From: an uncultured virus (IMG/VR IMGVR_UViG_3300042398_000857)
Taxonomy: Duplodnaviria > Heunggongvirae > Uroviricota > Caudoviricetes
Length of the DNA stretch: 64,000 bases
Strand: one strand, 5' to 3'
IMG/VR virus record: IMGVR_UViG_3300042398_000857
In this document: in pieces, positions 1 through 8,547 of the stretch
Layout: each line of letters begins with the position of its first letter
Numbering within the stretch: position 1 is the stretch's first letter
The notes under the pieces: generated by a model
Databases searched by the model: none
Told to the model about the DNA's origin: nothing
The model's input: only the letters and a program-made list of their open reading frames with translations
Translations under genes and position numbers: made by a program

Positions 1-121
1 TGGTGCTGGTGCTGGTGCTGGTGCTGGTGCTGGTGCTGGTGCTGGTGCTGGTGCTGGTGCTGGTGCTGGTGCTGGTGCTGGTGCTGGTGCTGGTGCTGGT
101 GCTGGTGCTGGTGCTGGTGCT
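1..121. repeat. Perfect hexanucleotide tandem repeat (TGGTGC)20 running off the window edge
   Basis: Directly visible; followed by an inverted partial copy CACCAGCAC at 127-135. Confidence 0.95.
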
Positions 122-283
122 AATCACACCAGCACTAACAAGTTTAAGCCAATCTGAGCCGATTTGAGCGGTTTTTTCGTTTGAGTGATACATTCACTAG
201 GCTTTTTTATTTTCGCGGCTTAAATGCGATTGTGGGCGGTTTTTTGATAACCAGCTCATGATTTACTTTGTCTGAAAAAAAGA

Positions 284-311
284 TTGACAGGGTTTTTGAT
301 TGCTGTATAAT
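284..311 (+). promoter_or_regulatory. Sigma70-type early promoter
   Basis: TTGACA (284-289), 16-bp spacer, TATAAT (306-311), A-tract upstream. Confidence 0.75.
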
Positions 312-318
312 TCAAGGC

Positions 319-345
319 CTGCTTCGGCAGTCGCTCTTTAACAAT
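319..345 (+). promoter_or_regulatory. C(UUCG)G hairpin followed by rrn-type boxA antitermination element
   Basis: CTGC-TTCG-GCAG (319-330) then GCTCTTTAACAA (333-344), matching the proteobacterial rrn boxA consensus. Confidence 0.7.
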
Positions 346-370
346 CTGGACACGGACACGAAAAAAAAGC

Positions 371-407
371 TTGACACAAAAAACAATAGCCGATTATAAT
401 ATCGGCT
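371..407 (+). promoter_or_regulatory. Sigma70-type promoter with inverted repeat around the -10 box
   Basis: TTGACA (371-376), 18 bp, TATAAT (395-400); AGCCGAT/ATCGGCT flank the -10. Confidence 0.75.
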
Positions 408-434
408 CACCAATTCACTTTACGGAGCATTAAA

Positions 435-1010
435 ATGAAAAAAATCGAATTAACTTTGGCTACTGCTTTAAACATGATTGCTTTGCGTGATAACGCATCC
501 GCACCGATTACAGAAAACGATATTATAAACCTTGTTGCTAATGTCAAAGGCAACACCAGAGCATCATTTTGTTCGGTGACTGATGTACCATTAGCCGCCG
601 CACACAAAAAAGCTGGTGTATCAATTATCAAAGTGTCGGCAGTAGGCGCGGCACTTTATAACGGAATGAATAAAGACACCAACCCATATTTAAACAAAAT
701 GGCCAAAGCTGGACATGATGACCACGAGTTAAAACAAGCGTGGCACGAACACTATAACGGTGTTTTTAGCTTGGTTCAAAAGCGTTCAAACCCAACTGAA
801 AAATATCTTTATGCTTTACCTGATAGCGGCTCATCAATCTATGTGATGGACGGTGTACAGGTAGACCGCCAAACGGTGGCAAGCTACCAAACCGCCAGCG
901 AAGCCAAATCAACGCTAGGCGCGTCTGATGAGCCGGTAGCGTGTAGGGTGTACAAGTTGGCTAATATCCTATCGATTCGAGCCGTAGGCGATGAGTTGGT
1001 AGTTTGGTAA
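435..1010 (+). CDS. Hypothetical early protein (191 aa)
   Basis: Clean ORF, GGAG SD upstream, directly behind two consensus promoters; visibly more GC-rich than the flanks. Confidence 0.8.
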   Translation: MKKIELTLATALNMIALRDNASAPITENDIINLVANVKGNTRASFCSVTDVPLAAAHKKAGVSIIKVSAVGAALYNGMNKDTNPYLNKMAKAGHDDHELKQAWHEHYNGVFSLVQKRSNPTEKYLYALPDSGSSIYVMDGVQVDRQTVASYQTASEAKSTLGASDEPVACRVYKLANILSIRAVGDELVVW

Positions 1011-1020
1011 TAATCTAAAC

Positions 1021-1052
1021 ATAATGCTCACATATTATTATGTGAGCATTAT
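1021..1052. repeat. Perfect 14-bp inverted repeat, possible terminator or operator
   Basis: ATAATGCTCACATA-ttat-TATGTGAGCATTAT just after the stop of 435..1010. Confidence 0.7.
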
Positions 1053-1081
1053 ATTAAACTAATATGTTAGGGGGTGGATGT

Positions 1082-1249
1082 ATGAAAACTATATTGTTTA
1101 TTGGCAGTATTATATTGGTGGGCATATTTAATATGTCCATAGAAACTTGGCAATATATCGGCCAAATAGTATTCTTTATATTGTTTAGTTTATTGGGTAT
1201 TATGTGGGCGCTATTTGTAATAGCTACCGCCCAATATACTAGACGTTGA
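1082..1249 (+). CDS. Small hydrophobic, probably membrane, protein (55 aa)
   Basis: ATG at 1082 after GGTGGA; two hydrophobic stretches. Confidence 0.5.
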   Translation: MKTILFIGSIILVGIFNMSIETWQYIGQIVFFILFSLLGIMWALFVIATAQYTRR

Positions 1250-1434
1250 CATAATAGTATGTCCAACCACGATATAATCAGAATAAACTAATATGTTCTG
1301 ATTATATCGAGGGGGGTGGGGGTAATATACATAATAAAAATATATTATTATGTTATCGCGTAATAAAATAATATATTTTTAATATATTTTTTTCTTGACA
1401 AAAAAATAAAAATATGATAGGGGGTGGGGGTGTA

Positions 1435-1453
1435 AATGAGAATGATTCTCATT
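1435..1453. promoter_or_regulatory. Fur-box-like 9-1-9 palindrome
   Basis: AATGAGAAT-G-ATTCTCATT, close to the 7-1-7 Fur consensus TGATAAT-N-ATTATCA. Confidence 0.55.
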
Positions 1454-1483
1454 CGCAAATGGTTTGCGTGAAAAAACTTCTTG

Positions 1484-1525
1484 ATTTTATTTTCTATTTT
1501 ATTTTCTATTTTATTTTCTATTTTA
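1484..1525. repeat. 3.5 copies of the 12-mer ATTTTATTTTCT
   Basis: Directly visible. Confidence 0.85.
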
Positions 1526-1689
1526 GACCCCTATATGTTGAAAAACAGGTCGATGAAAGTTTAAGTACCTTATTATATTTTTTTGCGCGGGTCATTTTTT
1601 TCTCAAAATTTCCAAAAATTTTGGTTAAAAACAAAGTGCTGAAAAAGTGTAAGTACCTTATAAAATTTTTGGCGGCGAAAAAATTTCTT

Positions 1690-2673
1690 TCAAGAATTTT
1701 GAAATTTGTTAATATAGTTTTTGATTTCTGTATAGACTAGTTTCAGGTATTTGTTATAGACTGATTTATATAGTTTATGGTCATTAGGGATGTTATTATT
1801 TAGAAACTGGTTAACCATGAAAGGAATTGATTGAATCATTTTTTGAGATTGTTGAATTTTATCATGGTGATTTAAGTTAGATATATTAAATTTATTAATG
1901 ATATCTACTGCGATAGAATGTGCGATAGCTGGGATTTCTTGAGGGCTAGATTTGTATAGTTGCAATAATCTTTTATGTTCGGTTGGGGATAGACCTGTAT
2001 TATAGCGTTTTCTAATCAGGTTTTTGAATTCATCTTTTGAGTTATCCATATAGCTACGGTATTCTATATTTGGGCCTTTATTTAAGTTCCATTGGTTGAT
2101 TGTTTGTTTAGCGTGGACTAATTCATGAGTAAAGGTACCGATCATATCTGATAATATGTTATTAATATTTGGGATGACATAATCTTTTGTATTATTTTTT
2201 ATTGTTGAGTAGGTTATATTAGTTATTAGTGACCATGGGGCATTGATTAGTTCTGGGGTGGTATGGATATGTTTAGCGTTAAGGGTGACGGTTGAAAGGA
2301 TTTTGTATGCGAAGTAATCGGTTGAAGTATCGGTATTGATAGTAATGGTAGTACCGGCGCAGTGTCCATTGGTAGTCAATGAGTTTAGTGATTTGAATTC
2401 TACGGTAACATCTTTCCATTCGTCATTTGATTTAAGAAATTTATTTAGTTCTTTAGTTAGGTTATTTGCGATTGATTTAGAAAATTTTGATTTTTGGTTT
2501 TTAATAACTTTTTTAGAGTAGTCATCGAATGATTTAGAGGTTTCTTGGTTTACTTTGGATATAGTCAGTGTTTTTGGGAGTGAGTTGACTATGGTTTGTT
2601 CCACAATTGCTTGGAGTTGTGGTTGGTATTGTGTATAGTTAATTGCTTCGTTGATAATTTCGTAGATTTTCAT
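1690..2673 (-). CDS. Putative zincin metallopeptidase-like internal virion protein (about 327 aa)
   Basis: Start reassigned to MKIYEIINEA with GAGGTG SD; THELVH (HExxH) motif and downstream PQE. Confidence 0.65.
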   Translation of the reverse strand: MKIYEIINEAINYTQYQPQLQAIVEQTIVNSLPKTLTISKVNQETSKSFDDYSKKVIKNQKSKFSKSIANNLTKELNKFLKSNDEWKDVTVEFKSLNSLTTNGHCAGTTITINTDTSTDYFAYKILSTVTLNAKHIHTTPELINAPWSLITNITYSTIKNNTKDYVIPNINNILSDMIGTFTHELVHAKQTINQWNLNKGPNIEYRSYMDNSKDEFKNLIRKRYNTGLSPTEHKRLLQLYKSSPQEIPAIAHSIAVDIINKFNISNLNHHDKIQQSQKMIQSIPFMVNQFLNNNIPNDHKLYKSVYNKYLKLVYTEIKNYINKFQNS

Positions 2674-2686
2674 AACATGAACACCT

Positions 2687-3103
2687 CTATGGTTGAGGAG
2701 GTGTAGTAGTATTTGTAGTTGGTGCGGTTGTGCCGTATTTAATATTTTTATTGCTATAGCCTTGAATTCTGCTTGGGCCGTAGTATTTTGTAAATTTACC
2801 TGCTTTATTGGTAGCAGTTTTGTCGCGTTTATCGTAACGATAGTGAGGGGCATTGGGATTAATTTGTTTATCGTTTTGGTAAGCGCCGTATACTGATCCT
2901 TTATAGAAGCTTGCGTCAGTATTACCTGGTTCTGAGTTAGAGAAGCTAGGTTGAGTGTAACGGTTATGTTTAGTATATTGGTAACCGGCAGTATGTCCTG
3001 AGCAATCGTCTTTGCATGGTGAGCATTTATAGCCACCTGGTCCTGTTGTACAGAATTGTAGTTCGTCAAGTTGTTGTTCAGTGATAAGTTCGTTTATTTT
3101 CAT
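2687..3103 (-). CDS. Hypothetical protein, probable internal head protein (138 aa)
   Basis: MKINELITE N-terminus; PCKDDCSGHTAGY motif; ATAAATA 5 nt before ATG. Confidence 0.75.
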   Translation of the reverse strand: MKINELITEQQLDELQFCTTGPGGYKCSPCKDDCSGHTAGYQYTKHNRYTQPSFSNSEPGNTDASFYKGSVYGAYQNDKQINPNAPHYRYDKRDKTATNKAGKFTKYYGPSRIQGYSNKNIKYGTTAPTTNTTTPPQP

Positions 3104-3111
3104 GTTAGTAT

Positions 3112-3861
3112 TTATGAGAATAGTTTAATGATATCTTGATCAACTGATTTCAGTGATTCTTGAAGTGATTCTTCGTATGGATAGTGTTTAGGGTCATCAT
3201 ATTTAGGATTTTTAAGTAATACCACTCCTCCTACTTGAATTACTCTATCCCCCCCTATAACGGGTTGTTGAGTTTTTCTATCGTAGAAATATGAATGTCT
3301 TTCTGGGTCCATGCCTACTTGTATCCATGATGGATCTTTCAGGGCGTGATTAGCCATTCTATAAGCGTCTTTAGGTGTAGCATTTTCCCAATTACCTGCA
3401 AGGGTAGCGATGGGACTTTTGTTTTTTTTACCGGTTGCTATATTAAGTGCGGCGTTTGTTGGAAGTTTAATAGTGATGTTATTGATAATAGATGTACTTC
3501 CGTGTCTAATGGTTTTTCCATTGGAATTATGTACGGTAGGAACCCACACGCCATGATCCTTATAAGCTGGGATATCTAATCGTAATAGGACTGGGGTTCC
3601 ATCTTCAACTGGTTGATTAATTTTTTCTATTTTCTTTATATCTAAACCTCGTTGCATTGCGGCGGTTGAGGCTGGTTTTGGAATAAAGGCATATGGTTCT
3701 ACTGGTTTATGTTTATTTACTAACTCTTGATATTCCTGCCAGGACATTTCGCCTGATTGTATTTTTTGGGCGGCTGCAGTTAGTTCAGGCACACGTTTAG
3801 TAACATCTTTGTAATGCATTTTTTTTCTATCGATATTTTCTAAAAGTTCATGTATTTTCAT
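3112..3861 (-). CDS. Hypothetical protein, probable internal head protein (249 aa)
   Basis: MKIHELLE N-terminus; ATAAATA 5 nt before ATG. Confidence 0.75.
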   Translation of the reverse strand: MKIHELLENIDRKKMHYKDVTKRVPELTAAAQKIQSGEMSWQEYQELVNKHKPVEPYAFIPKPASTAAMQRGLDIKKIEKINQPVEDGTPVLLRLDIPAYKDHGVWVPTVHNSNGKTIRHGSTSIINNITIKLPTNAALNIATGKKNKSPIATLAGNWENATPKDAYRMANHALKDPSWIQVGMDPERHSYFYDRKTQQPVIGGDRVIQVGGVVLLKNPKYDDPKHYPYEESLQESLKSVDQDIIKLFS

Positions 3862-3865
3862 AATA

Positions 3866-4084
3866 TTATTTATGATAAGCTAAAAGAAAATAAGTTTTAT
3901 GTTCTTCGTTGGCGAAACCTATAATGAGATCGGTAGATGGGATATAGGTCCAGCATGTTCTATGGGGACCTATATTGTTTTCTATCCAGATTTCAACTTT
4001 GCGTAGTTCGGCGAACCAAACTAGTGCATTGTTGACATCGAGGGTAATATTCAGATTGACATGATATGGAAAATCATTAAGCAT
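3866..4084 (-). CDS. Hypothetical protein (72 aa)
   Basis: Fills the gap and overlaps the helicase stop. Confidence 0.65.
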   Translation of the reverse strand: MLNDFPYHVNLNITLDVNNALVWFAELRKVEIWIENNIGPHRTCWTYIPSTDLIIGFANEEHKTYFLLAYHK

Positions 4085-5474
4085 TTGGAATATTATTAAT
4101 AAGGTCTCTTAATTTAGAGCTTTGTACTTCTGCTCTAATTTTAGGAGCGGGTTGACCTTGATCTGGTTCTTCGATGGTATTACGTTGTTTAATATTATTA
4201 AGGAACGTAGATCCCATAGATTGAGAAGTGGTACTAGGTTCTTCATCTAGGTCTGTGATTCTTAAAGTATCGATATCGAAGAACAGGTCAATTTTTTGTC
4301 CTACACCTGAGCTTGACCGTGTTTTCATTAGTTGTATTTGGTATCTACCGCGTTCACGCATTGCTCTACTGGTAAATATACCGAATAGGTTATCAGCGGT
4401 ATTGATTTTAGAGATACCGCCTGATATATGGCTATGATCGAATTCAACTTCTTCTACTGCTGATCTATTAAGCTGTGATGCAGTAACAAAGATACAATTT
4501 TTTTCAACTGCCAAGTTTCTAAGTTCTTCTGAGACGTATTTGTCTTTGATGAACAGATCTGCTGGTGAGATTTTTTTACTCATTGGCATTAGAAGGTCGA
4601 GGTAATCTACTAGTAGTACATCAACTTTTCTTTCGTATTTTATTTCATATTCTTTAAGGAATGCTCTAACATCATTAGCATTCTTACCTGATGGCATATA
4701 TTTGACTTGTAATGATCCTGCTTTTTTGCTGATCATTTTAACTTTCATTTCTACGTCATCTAAGTTTCTAAAGACATCTTTGGTAGCGGTGCTGGTCATC
4801 ATTGAATCGATACGCATTGACACCAATTCTTCTGATAATTCGAATGTTAGGTAGACCACATTAAGTCCTGCTAATGCCCAGTTTACACCCAGGTTAGCAA
4901 GGAACAATGATTTACCAGCACCTGATCCACCGGCGAATATATTAAGTTCACCGCGATTCATACCGCCGAAAAGTTTCTCATCAACATCGCGCCAGCCGGT
5001 TGATACTTGACCATTTTTATCTTTGATTTTTAGTAATCTAGCTTTTGGGTCTTTGAAGTAATCGGTGCCTAAATCTTTTTGTAGGCCGATTTGAACAGCT
5101 TTTTTAATTTTGTCTTCAACTGATCCATATTCGCCATTTTCCAGCATATCTGCCGATTCATTGATTGCACGTTCCAGTCCTTTATGACGGATAAAGGTTT
5201 CAAATTCATCTAGTAACCAGTCGAAGTTTTGTTCTTTAAGGTTATCTGGTTGTTTGAAAGATGCATTAGTTGATGCATTTATAATTTCATAAGTTGGCAG
5301 TGTGCCGTACATTTCTACATATGTGTAGATAAATTCGGCTGGAAGTTGTAATCGTCTATCGAATAAGGAGAAGTCGAATATTGACTGGCATCTTACATAG
5401 GTTGATGCATCTGCTAGCATCATTTCCAAGTACAGCTTTTGTATTTCAAATCCATATTGTGTATTTTGTTTCAT
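4077..5474 (-). CDS. gp41: Replicative DnaB-like DNA helicase (T4 gp41-like)
   Basis: Walker A GGSGAGKS, LVDYLDL Walker B, TASQLNR, KTR motif; next to primase. Confidence 0.93.
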   Translation of the reverse strand: MKQNTQYGFEIQKLYLEMMLADASTYVRCQSIFDFSLFDRRLQLPAEFIYTYVEMYGTLPTYEIINASTNASFKQPDNLKEQNFDWLLDEFETFIRHKGLERAINESADMLENGEYGSVEDKIKKAVQIGLQKDLGTDYFKDPKARLLKIKDKNGQVSTGWRDVDEKLFGGMNRGELNIFAGGSGAGKSLFLANLGVNWALAGLNVVYLTFELSEELVSMRIDSMMTSTATKDVFRNLDDVEMKVKMISKKAGSLQVKYMPSGKNANDVRAFLKEYEIKYERKVDVLLVDYLDLLMPMSKKISPADLFIKDKYVSEELRNLAVEKNCIFVTASQLNRSAVEEVEFDHSHISGGISKINTADNLFGIFTSRAMRERGRYQIQLMKTRSSSGVGQKIDLFFDIDTLRITDLDEEPSTTSQSMGSTFLNNIKQRNTIEEPDQGQPAPKIRAEVQSSKLRDLINNIPNA

Positions 5475-5496
5475 ATTCCCTCATGAAAAATTTGTT

Positions 5497-6498
5497 TTAT
5501 TTAAACCACTGTTTCGCTTTTAATTGTATTTTTAGAGCGTAAGATTGTTTTGCTGCAAGGATTAACCAAAGTGTAGCTAATCGTCCTAATTTAACTACTG
5601 CATCGTTTACATCTTTTATTGGTTTATCCCAGGATGGATCATTCGGCCATTCAGGGAATGACACTGACCACCCGTATTCTATTGCTTGTTTAACTGTTTC
5701 TGGACCCTCGTGGTCACGATCTGGTACTAAGATGATTTCTTTACCCAATTGTTGAAGCATCCAATTTTGACTATCTTTGATATTAGATCCTAATATTGAG
5801 CAGCCATCGATACTTATTGCATCGATTGGTCCTTCACATACTATTACAAATTCTCTTTCGTAATCTTGTCGATCTAGGTTAAAAACATAACCAGGTTGTT
5901 GTTCTGACAAGTAGCGTGGGTTTTTATCATCCACTGCTCTAGCTGTATATCCTACTAATTTTTGATGATAGTAGAATGGTATAATTAATCTATTATCATA
6001 TCCTTTTTTGGGTGTCCAATGGAAGTCATAATCTTCAAGGTAGAGATTTCTTTTATTAAGATACTCTAGTACTGGTATTAATTTATCTGGAGGGTTATCC
6101 AGGTAGTTGATAATGGGTTGAGCATTATCTGGTAATGGTTTATATATAAAGGTTGGAATTAATGATCTAGCAGGTGAATCTGTTATTTCATTAAGGAGTT
6201 TCAACGATTCAAAACTCATTTTCATTATTACATCATCTGGTATGCCCAACCATTGCATCAGCAGACGCATATCCTTACTTAGTTTTCTACCGGGTTGCCA
6301 ACTTGCTTTGAATTTGCAATTGAAGCAATGGTATGAAACTGCATCACCGTTGTTAATTACGAGTCCAGCACGTTGTCCGTTATCTGGTCTATGTCCACGA
6401 TGGTGGCAACATACCGCGTTGCCTGTGATCCATCCTGATGGTGTGTGCTTGGTTTTGCGTCCTGCTGTCCAATATGATGTTACTGTTTCTATTATCAT
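5497..6498 (-). CDS. gp61: DNA primase (T4 gp61-like)
   Basis: N-terminal Zn ribbon (CCHH...YHCFNC), RLIIPF, TOPRIM CEGPIDA...PDRD, KDVND. Confidence 0.9.
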   Translation of the reverse strand: MIIETVTSYWTAGRKTKHTPSGWITGNAVCCHHRGHRPDNGQRAGLVINNGDAVSYHCFNCKFKASWQPGRKLSKDMRLLMQWLGIPDDVIMKMSFESLKLLNEITDSPARSLIPTFIYKPLPDNAQPIINYLDNPPDKLIPVLEYLNKRNLYLEDYDFHWTPKKGYDNRLIIPFYYHQKLVGYTARAVDDKNPRYLSEQQPGYVFNLDRQDYEREFVIVCEGPIDAISIDGCSILGSNIKDSQNWMLQQLGKEIILVPDRDHEGPETVKQAIEYGWSVSFPEWPNDPSWDKPIKDVNDAVVKLGRLATLWLILAAKQSYALKIQLKAKQWFK

Positions 6499-6504
6499 AC
6501 TGTC

Positions 6505-6533
6505 ATTATACTATATCAAGTAATATATGTCAA
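6505..6533 (-). promoter_or_regulatory. Sigma70 promoter for primase/helicase, probably leaderless
   Basis: TTGACA-17-TATAAT; ATG 6 nt after the -10. Confidence 0.8.
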
Positions 6534-7375
6534 GATACGGTTATGTTATTTACGGTACCATATTGAGTTTCCACTTGAATGTTATATGGTGCTTGTGAAC
6601 CATATAAAATAGAGTGTGGTGGATATTGCCAACATATTCTGAAATAGCAATAATCATTAATTGATACATTGCTGAATGTAACATTACCGGTATAAGCAAC
6701 ACTACTTGTCCAGGTTTGTAATTTTGGTGAATTTCTAAATGATTCAACTGAGATTGTGGTATCAGTCGTTGCTTCCAAGTAGATTGTTCCAACAAATCCA
6801 GTACAATTAGTTATAAATGATAATTCGCTATCCGCAACTGCTTCATAGAATTTCGCTGGTATTGCACTACTATGGCTGATTACATTGCCATTTAGATCGA
6901 TTTCACCAGTAAAGCTATTAAATGTTCGTGTAGGTTTAGTACTAGGAATCGCTGATCCAATGAGTTCTAGTTTTCCCAATGCGGTAAAATGACTATCGGC
7001 ATAAAGAATTATTTGTGTTGTTCCATCAAGTGCGGTAACACTATATTTGAAGGTTTGTTTATCTAACCCGATCAAATCATCTGCAGGAATAGTTACGGTT
7101 GCGATACCTTTTAGTAAGGTTGGCGTAACATCATATGGAGTGTTTCCTACTGGATTACCGCTGGCATCCATTATATTTAAAGATATTGAATCATAAGTTG
7201 TTAGATCAATTCTTTTTTGGTCAGCATTTTTTATATCGAATTCTAAGGTATTATCTATACCGCTATATATTTTAACATTTCTTTGATACACGTTGGTATA
7301 CTCCACATTGAAACCTGCCAGGTCAGCTAGTAATTCTATTCTATTTGGGTATAAATAACTTATAATTTTTTGCAT
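6530..7375 (-). CDS. Hypothetical beta-rich protein, probably structural (281 aa)
   Basis: Clean ORF, Thr/Ser/Val-rich, late-promoter motif upstream. Confidence 0.65.
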   Translation of the reverse strand: MQKIISYLYPNRIELLADLAGFNVEYTNVYQRNVKIYSGIDNTLEFDIKNADQKRIDLTTYDSISLNIMDASGNPVGNTPYDVTPTLLKGIATVTIPADDLIGLDKQTFKYSVTALDGTTQIILYADSHFTALGKLELIGSAIPSTKPTRTFNSFTGEIDLNGNVISHSSAIPAKFYEAVADSELSFITNCTGFVGTIYLEATTDTTISVESFRNSPKLQTWTSSVAYTGNVTFSNVSINDYCYFRICWQYPPHSILYGSQAPYNIQVETQYGTVNNITVS

Positions 7376-7450
7376 CTGGCAAAATCCTTATTAATAATAT
7401 ATTTATCGTAAATGGTATGATAAATAATCGATACATTAAGATTGGAACAA

Positions 7451-7825
7451 ATGACTACATTAAGAGACAATATCGAGCATAATATGCCATTTATCAGTGT
7501 ACTCACGTATGGTGGTAATGAGTACATTGGAATTATAATAAATCAAGATCAGAACGTAACTAGTTTTTACGATTTGAATGCTATTAAGACTAGCCAAGAA
7601 AAAGAAGAATTCTTAGAAATAGGAGAAGTGTGGTGGTGGGAATCTAATCGTCAATTCCCCATATCCATATTTTGTAAAGATCAACTAGTTCCATTCCAGT
7701 ATGCAATAAAAACATTTAATAGTAAAGATACCCGAGTGATACTAGGTCCAGTAGTAAACTTAATGGAGCTGAGTATTAAACGGGTAAAACGTAAATCGAT
7801 AACATTAGTCCGTGGATCTAAGTGA
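7451..7825 (+). CDS. Hypothetical protein (about 124 aa)
   Basis: Plus-strand ORF with GEVWWWESNR motif; GATAAATA upstream; alternative TTG start at 7442. Confidence 0.7.
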   Translation: MTTLRDNIEHNMPFISVLTYGGNEYIGIIINQDQNVTSFYDLNAIKTSQEKEEFLEIGEVWWWESNRQFPISIFCKDQLVPFQYAIKTFNSKDTRVILGPVVNLMELSIKRVKRKSITLVRGSK

Positions 7826-8377
7826 TTCGCAAATAAGATTCATTTGGACTATAACTGCCATTGCATAACTTATCGCATGGGCATGTTTAAAATAGTACTC
7901 ATTGTTATCAGGTTTTTCCCACACTTCGGTCATTATCGTCATCCAGTCTTTCCCAATCAGATAACGTTTCGCCGGTCTGATCATTGCTAGGACGGCAGCT
8001 AATTGTTCCACTGAAGTCGGCAAGGTCTTCCTCAGAATATCTACGTGTCCGTTCAAATGAAATAATAGATTTACAAACTCTTCTTCTTGCAAAAGTTGCC
8101 ATAGTGGTTCGGTCTCCATCAAAGAAATTAAATGATCGTTATCTTTAACGCCATTATATACATTGACATTCAAGAAATCAATCTTGAAATATCCTCGTTT
8201 TTCAGCTTCTTTATAATCAATAGTTGAACTATTATCAACTGGATTATGTGGGATATTCTGAAAATAGACACCGGTATTATGTGGCACAAAACCAGTGTCA
8301 GTTTTTCTTGTTGCAGTAATATGTTTAAACTTAGACAATGCAGACTTCCTGTCTAAAAAGTCGATATCAATATCCAT
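7805..8377 (-). CDS. Miniature DNA polymerase III alpha (DnaE/C-family)-like protein (190 aa)
   Basis: DIDIDF, HNTGV, KIDFL, LAMIRP and YFKHAHAISYA motifs in DnaE order. Confidence 0.75.
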   Translation of the reverse strand: MDIDIDFLDRKSALSKFKHITATRKTDTGFVPHNTGVYFQNIPHNPVDNSSTIDYKEAEKRGYFKIDFLNVNVYNGVKDNDHLISLMETEPLWQLLQEEEFVNLLFHLNGHVDILRKTLPTSVEQLAAVLAMIRPAKRYLIGKDWMTIMTEVWEKPDNNEYYFKHAHAISYAMAVIVQMNLICESLRSTD

Positions 8378-8547
8378 TAGTGTATAACATCTGATTCAAA
8401 AAGCATCAATGGCAAATATTCTGCCAAGTGTTCAGCATATTCATCAGCGTCATCGGGTGTTTCAAATCCAGATAGTTTTATATAAACACTATTGTCAGTT
8501 TCAGTAACATATAATGTGATGTCTAAAGGTAGCAATGGGTTACTCAT
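8377..8547 (-). CDS. Small acidic hypothetical protein (56 aa), absent from the ORF track
   Basis: MSNPLLPLDITLYV...FESDVIH*, coupled by ATGA upstream and TAATG downstream. Confidence 0.7.
   Translation of the reverse strand: MSNPLLPLDITLYVTETDNSVYIKLSGFETPDDADEYAEHLAEYLPLMLFESDVIH

Noticed and set aside
1246..1278. TTGACA...TATAAT as a promoter
   Set aside because: The spacer is 21 bp, too long
1414..1740. 108-aa plus-strand ORF
   Set aside because: Low-complexity translation of A/T tracts and the 12-mer repeat; no SD; overlaps the opposite-strand gene
2674..3069. N-terminal extension of the 459-aa ORF in the track
   Set aside because: It overlaps the better gene 2687..3103 in another frame; an SD and the MKIYE start at 2673 fit better
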